Shown here piece by piece: positions 9,141 to 19,300 of a DNA stretch of 64,000 nt. The position numbers and the translations under genes are program-made. Within the stretch, counting starts at the first letter, position 1. Every line of letters begins with the position of its first letter. This DNA is from Gemmatimonadota bacterium. GTDB lineage: Bacteria; JBHIER01; G020348925. Location of the stretch: positions 3,115,688-3,179,687 of the forward strand of contig CP070758.1 in the NCBI GenBank assembly GCA_020348925.1, in the 5' to 3' direction. The notes below the pieces were generated by a model, which searched no databases, was not told the DNA's origin, and saw only the letters and a program-made list of their open reading frames with translations.

Positions 9141-12100
9141 TTATTTCATCAACACCATTCTCTTGGTTGAAGTGAAATCGCTGGCCTGCATCTGATAGAA
9201 GTAGATACCGCTGGCGACTTCCTCCCCCGTGTCGCTTCGTCCATCCCAGGTCAACAGGTGCACGCCGGCCTGCTGTTTCTCATTCACGAGAATCTTCACC
9301 ACCTGACCCAGGACATTGTACACTGTCACAGAGACTTGAGTTTCTTGCGGCAGCGAATACAGAATCTCCGTCTCAGGGTTGAAGGGATTCGGATAGTTCT
9401 GTGCGAGATTGAAATCAGAGGGCATAACGAGCCCCTTACCTACGGAAATCTCACATTGGCTGTTCCCTTCCAACGTAAGGGACCTCATTGTTCTCATGTT
9501 GACAACCCGATCGTTCACTCTCATGAGGACATCGAGATCCGGGGGGATCGCCGCTACATCCCAATCCAGCGTGAACTCGCCGCGTTCCTTCACTTCCAGA
9601 ACATACGTGGCCGTCGTTCCGAACGGACGCACGTCCCGGCTGTATCTGTCGAAGATTTCATGGTCACTGGCAAAGTACGCCTCGAAAGTGGCTGCCATCG
9701 GACTCGGGGGTGGTGTGGGTTTATCGCAATGCCTATCGAAACCGGGCGTCGCAGTGGGTGCAAGACCGAACTCTAAGACCTGAGACTTCGTGCCCTTCGT
9801 CACGGTCACAGAAGCCAGCGGCAATGTCTCCTCCGCAACACCTGTGACGGTTTTGGCCGCAGGCATTTCCCCACTCAACGTCAAGGTTCCGGCATAAAGT
9901 GCTGCCAACCAGTAGCCCTTTCCAGATTGAACGACTCCCGTTATTTTATAAATCCCGAGAGCCGGATCGTACCACTGCAGTGTCTTCGGCAAAATATTGC
10001 CCGCCGGAGTATCAACAAAAGCTCCTGTGTCGGTTTCAGCGGCTATGGATCCGACCATGTTCCAGCCGGCAAGAATATCACTTGTGTAGTTCATGACCGG
10101 AATACCTGACAGCACTACTGTTTGAGGCGTCTCCACGGCCAGCCAGTATCCGTCGCCGATCTCAAAAACATCGACCTCCACATAATCGGATCCGTTCCAG
10201 CCGAAAGCACCGACATTCCCCGGAAAGAGGACATCGACGTCGTAATCGTCAGGAACAACCGACAGGGAGACCATGTTCCAACCGGCTGCCAAATCCACCG
10301 ATACTTCGAAGGGGATAACTGTTACTGGGATCGCATCGGTAAACGTGACATTATAGGTTCCAGAAATCTCCCAGCTTCCGATCTGACACGCCTCATAAAC
10401 ATTATCCGTAAAGGAGCCACAGGGGTCCGTTGTACCGAATTCAGTCACCCCAGTGACATCGGTCTCATTTCCGGCTTCATCATAAGCCATGGCTGTATAG
10501 GCCATCTCACTCCCGGAAACCACCGTTGTCTCAGGAGTAACTTCGATGCCCACAATAGGACCCATGGTGACATGGACAAGGGCCGTATCAGACAGCTCAG
10601 CATACAAACCAATAACAGCCCACGTTCCGACGTAACAGGCCTGGTAGATATTGTTGAACCACTGACTGCAGGAGTCGGTCGCGTCAAAAATGGTTGAATC
10701 GGTTACCTCCCATTCGACGTTGCCATCCGTAGCCATCGCCCGGTATGTCACCGTCTGACCTGACGCTACCGTTGTATCCTGAGGATAGACTGTGATTCCG
10801 ATGATCTGTCCGCGAGGGACAATGGTTACATGCGCCGAATCGACCAGCTCACCGTCAGTGGCGAAGACCCAGCCTTCCATCTCCAGAGAATCGGCTGTAA
10901 AACAGCCGGTCGCCGGATTCATCGTTCCTATTTCAGGAGGCGTCACCGACCACGTCGGCGAAACGGCCACAGGATTGTCGTTCAAGTCAAAGCCTGAAGC
11001 TATGAAACAGAACTCCTGACCGTATCCCAGCTCCTTTGAGGCCGGTGTGACATCAATCCGCACCAACCCTTCGGCGACAACAGTCACGGAGACGGAATCC
11101 TTGGCCGAACCCTCGGCGATAACCCAGCCGTCACCGGCCTTTATTCCTGTGAACAGACCGGCGGCATCGATGTTCCCCAGCTCGGGCGGTGAGACCGACC
11201 ACGTCGGAGTTGCCGCGAACTCATTGCCGCAGGCGTCCAGACCCTGGGCCGTATATTGCAGTGTTTCGCCTGAGATGACCACTTCACCGTCCGGGGAAAC
11301 CTCCAGTGTGATCGGAGCCCCGGGGATAACGGTCACATCTGCTGAATCAACAAATCCGGCGGCACTGGCTATGACCCAACCGCTTCCAACCTGATCCCCG
11401 ACGAGCACACCGCCCTCGGTAATGGTCCCCAGCGTCGCAGGAGAAACGCTCCACGTTGGATCCACGGTGAACGGATTGCCGCACCCGTCATCGCCGAGGA
11501 CTGCGAACTGCTGCTCGGCTCCGCAGGCGACACTTACCGGATCCGGGGAGATCACAATCATACTCATATCACCGGCGTTGACGGTTACGGCCGCAGAATC
11601 GACCAAACCGTCCAAGGTTGCAATCACCCAACCCGAACCGGCGAGACCTGGTGTGAAAAGTCCGTCAACCGACATGGTACCCAGTGTCGTTGGCGAAACA
11701 CTCCAGTCAGGCGTAGGTGTGGTGGGATTGCCGTTGGCATCGACGCCGGAAGCAGTAAACTGGATCGTTTCAGGACAGGTCACGGTTCCTTCGTCAGGAG
11801 CTATCGTCATCGTCACGGAGGGACCGGCAACGACCGTCACAAAAGCGGAATCTACCGGATTCGTAGATGCGACAATCCATCCCTCACCGGCCAGAACGGC
11901 CGTAAACAATCCCGCCTCATCGATAGTTCCCAGGTCAGCCGGATGCACCTCCCAGTCAACATCAACAGGAAGTGCATTGTCACAGGCGTCGTATCCTGTT
12001 GCCGTATATTGCTGATCCGATCCGGAGGCAACTGTGGCGTCATCAGGTGTGACATCAATGTAATCCAGTTCACCGGCTGTCACTGTCACAGCCGCAGAAT

Positions 12101-12851
12101 CAACAATAGTAGTTTCAGTGGTATTGTCCGTCGCAATAATCCATCCCTGCCCAGCCTGATCGGCCGTAAACATGCCCGTGACGTCGATCGTTCCCAGTGT
12201 CGCAGGGGCGACGCTCCAGACCGGATCGGTCGGTGCAGCGTTGTCAAACTCGTCAAAGCCTTGAGCAGTATATTGCTGATTTGCACCACACACGACCTGC
12301 GCCCCCTCGGGTGTAACCTCGATTCTCACCAGTTCTCCGACAAAGGATCGGGTTATCGTGAACCCGTACTCATAATCCCCAGATATGGGATTCAGCGTGC
12401 CGGTCACCATCTGGGAATCGACGGTTCTCATGTCAACGGTATCATTGAACATGAAATTACCCGTATCCGGCAGAGCGGCAGGATCCCACGCGAAGAAGTA
12501 CGTTTCAGAATCCGAGATAATAGCACCTTGCCATACGATTTCGATGTCTACATCCGGTCTGATGTCCTTCCAAAACTTGTAGGGAGCCACCAGAAAAAAC
12601 ACGTCCAACTTGTGAGGCGGTGGCGTCGGAGGTGGACTCTGGACATCCAAACTGTCGAGGCCATCATCTGCCGCTGGATCGACACCGATTGTGAGATTGA
12701 CAAGTCCCGCGAGAGGGTCTGAGCTCGAGACTTCAATACCCACTTCCCAGGTGGGATCGGCAGCAGACACATTAGCCATGAAGCTAACGCACAAGAACGA
12801 GAGTCCCACAATAATCGCCCAGCGGGCTTTCGCACTCTGAACCACGTTCAT
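9141..12851 (-). CDS. Secreted protein with ~8 tandem Big_2-like Ig repeats and a FlgD/T9SS-type CTD
   Basis: AAGGAGG before ATG 12851, signal peptide; ~85-aa repeats I.VTP....V..G..QQ(Y/F)TA.G.D...N....WSV.P..LG.I...G.FT....G.GW..A....DSA.VTV; GWNMVS/GYWL module; [11 protein letters not shown] tail. Confidence 0.88.
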   Translation of the reverse strand: MNVVQSAKARWAIIVGLSFLCVSFMANVSAADPTWEVGIEVSSSDPLAGLVNLTIGVDPAADDGLDSLDVQSPPPTPPPHKLDVFFLVAPYKFWKDIRPDVDIEIVWQGAIISDSETYFFAWDPAALPDTGNFMFNDTVDMRTVDSQMVTGTLNPISGDYEYGFTITRSFVGELVRIEVTPEGAQVVCGANQQYTAQGFDEFDNAAPTDPVWSVAPATLGTIDVTGMFTADQAGQGWIIATDNTTETTIVDSAAVTVTAGELDYIDVTPDDATVASGSDQQYTATGYDACDNALPVDVDWEVHPADLGTIDEAGLFTAVLAGEGWIVASTNPVDSAFVTVVAGPSVTMTIAPDEGTVTCPETIQFTASGVDANGNPTTPTPDWSVSPTTLGTMSVDGLFTPGLAGSGWVIATLDGLVDSAAVTVNAGDMSMIVISPDPVSVACGAEQQFAVLGDDGCGNPFTVDPTWSVSPATLGTITEGGVLVGDQVGSGWVIASAAGFVDSADVTVIPGAPITLEVSPDGEVVISGETLQYTAQGLDACGNEFAATPTWSVSPPELGNIDAAGLFTGIKAGDGWVIAEGSAKDSVSVTVVAEGLVRIDVTPASKELGYGQEFCFIASGFDLNDNPVAVSPTWSVTPPEIGTMNPATGCFTADSLEMEGWVFATDGELVDSAHVTIVPRGQIIGITVYPQDTTVASGQTVTYRAMATDGNVEWEVTDSTIFDATDSCSQWFNNIYQACYVGTWAVIGLYAELSDTALVHVTMGPIVGIEVTPETTVVSGSEMAYTAMAYDEAGNETDVTGVTEFGTTDPCGSFTDNVYEACQIGSWEISGTYNVTFTDAIPVTVIPFEVSVDLAAGWNMVSLSVVPDDYDVDVLFPGNVGAFGWNGSDYVEVDVFEIGDGYWLAVETPQTVVLSGIPVMNYTSDILAGWNMVGSIAAETDTGAFVDTPAGNILPKTLQWYDPALGIYKITGVVQSGKGYWLAALYAGTLTLSGEMPAAKTVTGVAEETLPLASVTVTKGTKSQVLEFGLAPTATPGFDRHCDKPTPPPSPMAATFEAYFASDHEIFDRYSRDVRPFGTTATYVLEVKERGEFTLDWDVAAIPPDLDVLMRVNDRVVNMRTMRSLTLEGNSQCEISVGKGLVMPSDFNLAQNYPNPFNPETEILYSLPQETQVSVTVYNVLGQVVKILVNEKQQAGVHLLTWDGRSDTGEEVASGIYFYQMQASDFTSTKRMVLMK

Positions 12852-13040
12852 AATAAAATCCCTCCTTGAATAAGGTGAATAATGTGATACTTTTTCTCTT
12901 CGTGATGGTCGCAACCGACTGGCCATGCACTTATCAATGGTAAAATTGTTTTCGACCTCTAAAACCTCCAACACATGCTCTTTGAAAAGTATGCAAACCA
13001 CAAGTGTAGGGTACGAACAACTCTTTTCGATTACCTAATG

Positions 13041-13064
13041 AAACCTCTCAATAAACCTCTCAAT
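13041..13064. repeat. Tandem 12-bp direct repeat (AAACCTCTCAAT)x2
   Basis: Perfect head-to-tail duplication in the intergenic region. Confidence 0.6.
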
Positions 13065-13072
13065 GTACCGTG

Positions 13073-13322
13073 AAAGCAGAACTTGTGTCTGATGGAATCA
13101 TCATGGATGTGATACCTCTGTGATGACGCACCAATGATGACGAATCAAGTTCTGCTTTTTTCTCTACTATCCTTTATCCTTCGGACTCAGGTCTTACGGC
13201 ACGTCTGTGCCTCTCTCTCATTATTCTCCGGCCAAGGCTGTTCGCACACGCCCTGGCCGGAGAATACGAAAACGTCTTTCTTGAAAGGATAGGCTGTCAC
13301 CTTTCGCAAGGTAACAGCCTAT
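13073..13322 (-). other. Three consecutive intergenic stem-loops
   Basis: AAAGCAGAACTTG/CAAGTTCTGCTTT (13073-13158); TATTCTCCGGCCA/TGGCCGGAGAATA (13222-13266); ATAGGCTGTTACCTT-GCGA-AAGGTGACAGCCTAT on the minus strand (13289-13322, GNRA loop, G-U pair). Confidence 0.75.
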
Positions 13323-13356
13323 GTTGTATCATAACGTTCCGGCTTCAAGAGCCGTA

Positions 13357-16300
13357 TTACTTCACAAGGACCATACGCTTGGTATCGACGTACCGGCCAG
13401 CCATGATACTGTAGATGTACACACCGGTCGAGACCATCTCGCCGTTGTCGTTCGTGCCGTCCCAGATGACTGTGTAGTAACCGGCGGACTGCTGCTCGTT
13501 CACGAGCGTCCTGATCTCCTGACCGAGGACGTTGTACACCTTCATAACCACAGTGCCATCCTCAGGCAACCCGTAGGTGATGTTCGTCTCCGGGTTGAAG
13601 GGATTGGGATAGTTCTGAGCCAGTTCAAAGGTCTTCGGAACGGTCCTGACAACAATGTCAAGATCGTGCGGTCCCTTGGCCAGGCTGATGCTGTTCTGCG
13701 AACGCATATCGACCTCAACGCCATCAATCCGGAGTCTGGCAGCCATGTCCTGAGGAACGGCCAAGACATCCCAGGTTATGGTGAGGGCCGATTCAGCATC
13801 CACATTCAGCCTCCATGAGTTATCCTCCAATCCCCGCACGTCTCTCCAGAAGTTGGAGACGATACCGAAGTCACTGGTGAAGTGCGCCACGAAGTCAGTC
13901 GAGGGAACGTCCGGCGGAGCAGGTCGGTCGATGCGCCGATCGTAGGCGCTGGTGGCCAACTCTTCAGCACCGAACTCCAACGTCTTCACTTCGGAATCGC
14001 TCTGGACAGTGATCCTCGACATCCAGGTCGGCTCGATCATCTCTTCGGTCACGACCGGAACTCTGGCCACGGACGCATCCACAACAGCCACCTCGATGGT
14101 ACCGCTCTCCTCGGCCAGCATCCAGACCGAACCACCGGCCTTGATCGTACCGGTCGGCAGATAACCGCTGCCTCCCCATGCCCAGATGTTCATCGGGCTA
14201 ATCCAGGTCGGGAACATACCCGTGCTCACATCCACGATGGTGGAGATGGCCACGTCCTCGAAACAGGATCCGACCAGGTTCCAGCCGGCTGTGAGATCCT
14301 TCTGGAAGGTTCGGATCGGCAGACCGGTGATCTCCTCGAGATCAGCGGCACCGTACAGCAGCCAGTACCCTTCACCCTCAGCCGCTTCTTCAGCGGTCTG
14401 ATAACCGCCGTTGTACTTCCAACTGGCCACGGCGTCGGGGAAGAGGGTGGTCAAGGTGGCATCATCAGGAACCACCGGCACCGACACCATGTTCCAACCG
14501 GCACTCATGTTGTACGCGAAGGGCTCCTCGCAGGTGATGACCGTGACGGCCGTCGAAGCGCTCTCGTTGCCGGCGTGGTCCGTAGCGGTCACGTAAACAA
14601 CATCGCCCGCTGTCAGAGCCGCACCAATCGTGGCGCTGAAACTACCGTCGTTGTTCGCATCGAACTCGACCAACACATCGGTCAACATGCTGCCGCTGTA
14701 AATGGTGACCCTGAGCGCGTTGAGATCCGGATACCACTCGGTGCCCACCGCTGAAGGATCGCCGGTAGCTTGACCGTTGTCGCAGATGGTGATCTTCGTC
14801 TCATCAGGAGCACCGGGTGCCGTCACATCGATGAGAATGTGGAGACCGGTGTTCCCGGCTCCCTCGGCTTCCTCGATATCGACGAGGTTGCCGGCGGTAT
14901 CCCGCTCCTTGACGAAGACGTCGGCCACACCCTCGGAGGTTTGGTTCGCATTGGTGACGTTCCAGGTGTAGTGGTAATCGGTGGTATCTTCCATTGGCGG
15001 ACGGTTCATCCAGCGATCGAAGGTTTCGCCCAGACCGCACGGCACGAGTTCGTCACCGCAGGCCGGCACACCGTCGATGTCCACCAGCTCACCGGGAGCG
15101 TAAACGAAGATGTCCATCCAGCACCACAGCCGTCCGTCGCCGGGCAGCTCGGGCTTGACCGTCTGGTCGACCTCAATGTGAACGTCGACCAACTGCCTCG
15201 TCGTCACCGGGATCATGCCGTAAATGGGATGCTCAATCATGGGCAGCGGTCCCCCATCAGCCTCGAACTCGTAGGTGATGTGGTAGATGGGATCCTCGCT
15301 GTCCAGAATGATGTAGGCCACATCCGGGAACTCGGTACCGTCAACATAAATCTCGGAGTTGACGATCCACAGTCCGTCGTTCGGCGCGGTCTCATCGTAG
15401 ACCACCCAGTTGTAGCCGTAGTAATCAAACCCATTGTAATTGGTCAGCACAACCCACGTCCCGGAATTCGGTCCGCCATCCCGGTAAATGGGATTTCTCG
15501 GGAAATTACTCGTCCCCTTGGCCGGGATGTGCGTCAGGATCGAATCGACCGGCGTCCCTGTTCCAACCCTGTACGTGACGAAGAGATTGTCTCCTGGATA
15601 GAGACGACCCCTGACCGTGCACGGCGTCCAATACAGATCGCAATCAGGATCGTATGTGTAGGTGGTGATGGGAATCCAGTAGATATCGCCCATGGGATCG
15701 TCAAGCCCCCACAGACCTGGCCAATCCGTTTCGATGGCATTCACGAACGCATCGGGCAGATCCATGGCACGCCCGCCGCGCTCAAAGCCGACGAGGATGG
15801 CTCTCCAGAAGAAGGTCACGTCTTCGCAACCCACCAGTCCGGCGCAGTCGGTCACCCTCAGGCGGAGCAGGTACTCGGCCAGGGTGTTCTCCGGCATCCA
15901 GTGATGGGGATTGTCGACCTCGTACCACGTCTCACCGTCATCCAGGGAGTAGTGCCATTCCGTATCGGCCAGGCAGACCTCGTTGGTCACCTCAAAGGTG
16001 AGGGCCAGATAGTCGGCGGTCACCACCTGATCCTGGACAGGATTGGTGATGGTCACATCCGGCGGATCGTTGTCAACGACAATATCGATCTCCACCAAGG
16101 ACGTATCGGTATCGAGAGGACCACAGTCGGAGATGACCCTCAGGTCGATGGTCGCCACCTGACCGAAGGCGGCCGCATCGAGCGTGCTCCAGGAGTAACA
16201 CGTGCAGTCGTCGATCTCGCCATACTCGGTGGCCGTGATGTCGTTCCAGGCCACACCATCGTGGAACTGCCAGGTGACGTCACTCAGCAGCTCGGGATGG

Positions 16301-19300
16301 GAGAAGTAGGCGCACAGCAGCGCGTAGTGCTGGTTATTGGTGCACGAGTCATCCGGTGCAAAGCCCGAGATGTAGTCACCCTCGAGAGGCGAGCAGATCT
16401 CGGGTGGATCGCAGCCCTTGAAGAGCTTGAAGTCGCAGTACCACGGCTTCATCTGGTTGCAGGCCGTATCGCTGAAGCGGTAGAGCATCATGGTCGCATC
16501 GCCCTGCTCCATGCGGTGGTCGTCGAGATCCATGACGCCGACCCAGGTCTTGTCGTCGGACCCGATCCAGCCGGGCCTCGTCACCTCGACCATGTCGGCC
16601 CGGGCCTTGGGATAGTCGTCCTGAGTCACACCGCGGACCGTCCAGACCTTGCCGGCGGCGTCCTCGAACTTCACCGAGAAATCCTCCTCGGCCACATCCA
16701 TGTTATCGTTCCAATGGACGAAGCAATAGACGCGGCTGGGCATGTTCAGGGTCGTCTGACCGTCGCACTCACCGATGATATCCTGGCCGTACACGTCGTA
16801 GGCGAATTCGACCTTCACCGGCATGGGCTTGACGTTATCGAGGATCAAATACTCGCCGTAATCCCTCGAATCGACAACCCGGACATTGCCCAGATTGTCG
16901 GAGACGAAGATCTTTGCGTACAGGGTATCCTCAGGCACATCGAGCCAGACGCAACCCCAGTCATAAGGATGGAGCTTGTAATAGCAGTCGACACCTTCCC
17001 ACGGTACGAGAGGATACCAATAATAGTAGTACTCGTTCATCTCCAACCATTCCCAGACCCAGTCGGGAACATGCTGCTCAAAGAAGGTGCCCTCCGGTTG
17101 CTCGAAAACATCTTTCATGAAGTCCGGCACCCACTCCGGCCACTCACGTGCAGGGATTTCCATATCAAGATCGTTCCACTTCGTGAGCGCTGATACCAGA
17201 TAGAAGTTGATATGCGCGTATTGAAAATCCCTTAATAGATTATCGTCGACTTGATCCCTGGATTCGGCCTTGACCTCGTCGGTTAGGACTCGATCAAAGA
17301 GCCAAAACCAATCGCAGTCAAAACCGACACCGCACTCGGTATTGTCGACGACGCCCTCGATCCACAGCTGGAAGTTACCGTAATCTTCATCAGTAACCTG
17401 ATGCGGATTGAGGTTGCACGAGCTGACGTCCTCGTACCCCTTGACCGTGTGGAGGTTCATGTCAACAATTTCCGGCCCCTCCACATCAAAGATGAAGGTA
17501 TGGACATCGACGTACGTCGTATCCGGGATGCCGTCGTAGCAGGCGCATACGTCCCAATCGGTCTCCCCACCATTCACAAGACAATCGCCGTTCTTCTCCG
17601 GCGGTATGAGATCTTTGTTGGGCTCGGGCGGACATTCCTCGCACCACAGATCGAGGAGACTGTCCGGTCCGAAGAGGGCGAAATCGGCCTGGGCCGAGAC
17701 GCTCACCTCGACCACATCGCAGTGCTGGAAGTGGAGATACTGCGGGTAGAACGGACCGTCAGGCCCCTGCTGCTCTCCCAGATCCCAGACCGTGGGCAGG
17801 ACCAGCTTGAGGTTGATCCGCTCAGGGGTATAGTGACCGTCCACGCAGACCCGGTTGTCCCCTTCGTACCAACCCCACAGGTCGCACTCCTCGCAGCCCG
17901 GCTGATAATACGCATCGTAGGCCACATGCCACTGATCGTTCCGCTTCACCCTGACTTTCATCCTGGCCGTGTCGAAGAAGAAGTGGTCGGTGTTCGTGTT
18001 GATGGAATGGCCGACCACCGGGCCGTGTATCCGATCTTGACAACCGCCGCAGGGAGGGAAACACTCAAAAAAGAGCGTGTACCAGTTGGCATATTCGGCC
18101 GGAAACATACCCTGACAGAAATGCCACTCCCAGCAATCGCCATTATCAAGAAGTGTCTCACACGTTTCCCAGGTCCTCAACGAGTAATCGAAAGGATGGT
18201 ACTCGTCCGACCAGTACCTGTGCGGTTCCATGAAGGGGAAGCGCTCGATGTCGATCTCGAAGTAGGTCGAGCCGCAGTTGGCCGTTTCCCAACGAGGTAC
18301 CGGGCACGGCTCGCACAGCTGGCAGCTGATGTTCTTCCACTCGACATCGCAGTGGTCGCACCAACCGACTCTGACGCCGATGGTGGTGATGCCCTTGGTG
18401 TAAAATTCATTGAAGAAGTAATGGGCGGCCTGACAGTTGAGATGCGCTCCGAAGAGCTTTATCCAGTTATGCCTCCGACCGCAATTGCCGTCAGGCCAGA
18501 CGGCATCATAACAATCGAACCACCAGCCCATCTCGTCAGGATGGTTCCAGTGGATCCTCCTGCTGCCTTCCCAGCCTTCCAGGGTGTCGCGTTTCCCATC
18601 GGCCTCAACCTCGAATTGCAACCAGACTCTGTTCTTGTTCACGCCGCTGAAGAGGCAGTTGAACTCCTGGTTGAACCACTCGGGCCATTCGAGGGGCCAA
18701 TTCATGAACCACATCAGGGTGTCCATCTCGGCCTGCGGCACATCGACGATGGCGAAGGAGACGAAGTTGGAATCGAGCTCGCAGCAGTGCTCGTACCAGT
18801 GATCCCAGTGCCACACCATCCTGGGGGTGTACTCGTCCACGTTGAAATCCCACGTGTACGGTATCTCAGGGATGTTGTAGGGCGCGTCGCAGCAGACCGA
18901 TTCATCGTAGGGCAGTATCTGGACGCAAATATGGTCGCCATCGTAGTAGGGCAAGCTGCCGTCATCCAGATAGTCCTCGAGCCACTCCGGAGGATTGAAA
19001 ATGACGGTGTCCTGATGACCGGCAACTTCGGCCTCGTGCGTGAAGTTGGCCACATCCATCCAGCCGCCTGTCCCCGGATTATCTCTGTCGAAAGGTGACC
19101 CGTGGCCGGGGATCCGTTCGCCCACTGAGTTGAAATGGAACTTACCACCGTCGATGTCGGTGATCTTGATCTTCATCCAACCGCCGCCGACCCCGCTCCC
19201 ATAACCGCAATGCGGGGACCCGCTCCCACCGCAGATCTGATCGTAGATCTGACACATGATGGGCGTGCAGGAGTCGCTGGTGTAGGAATCGTCCGGCGGA

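Noticed and set aside
17500-18400. CxxC clusters suggesting a multihaem cytochrome
   Set aside because: None is followed by His (no CxxCH)
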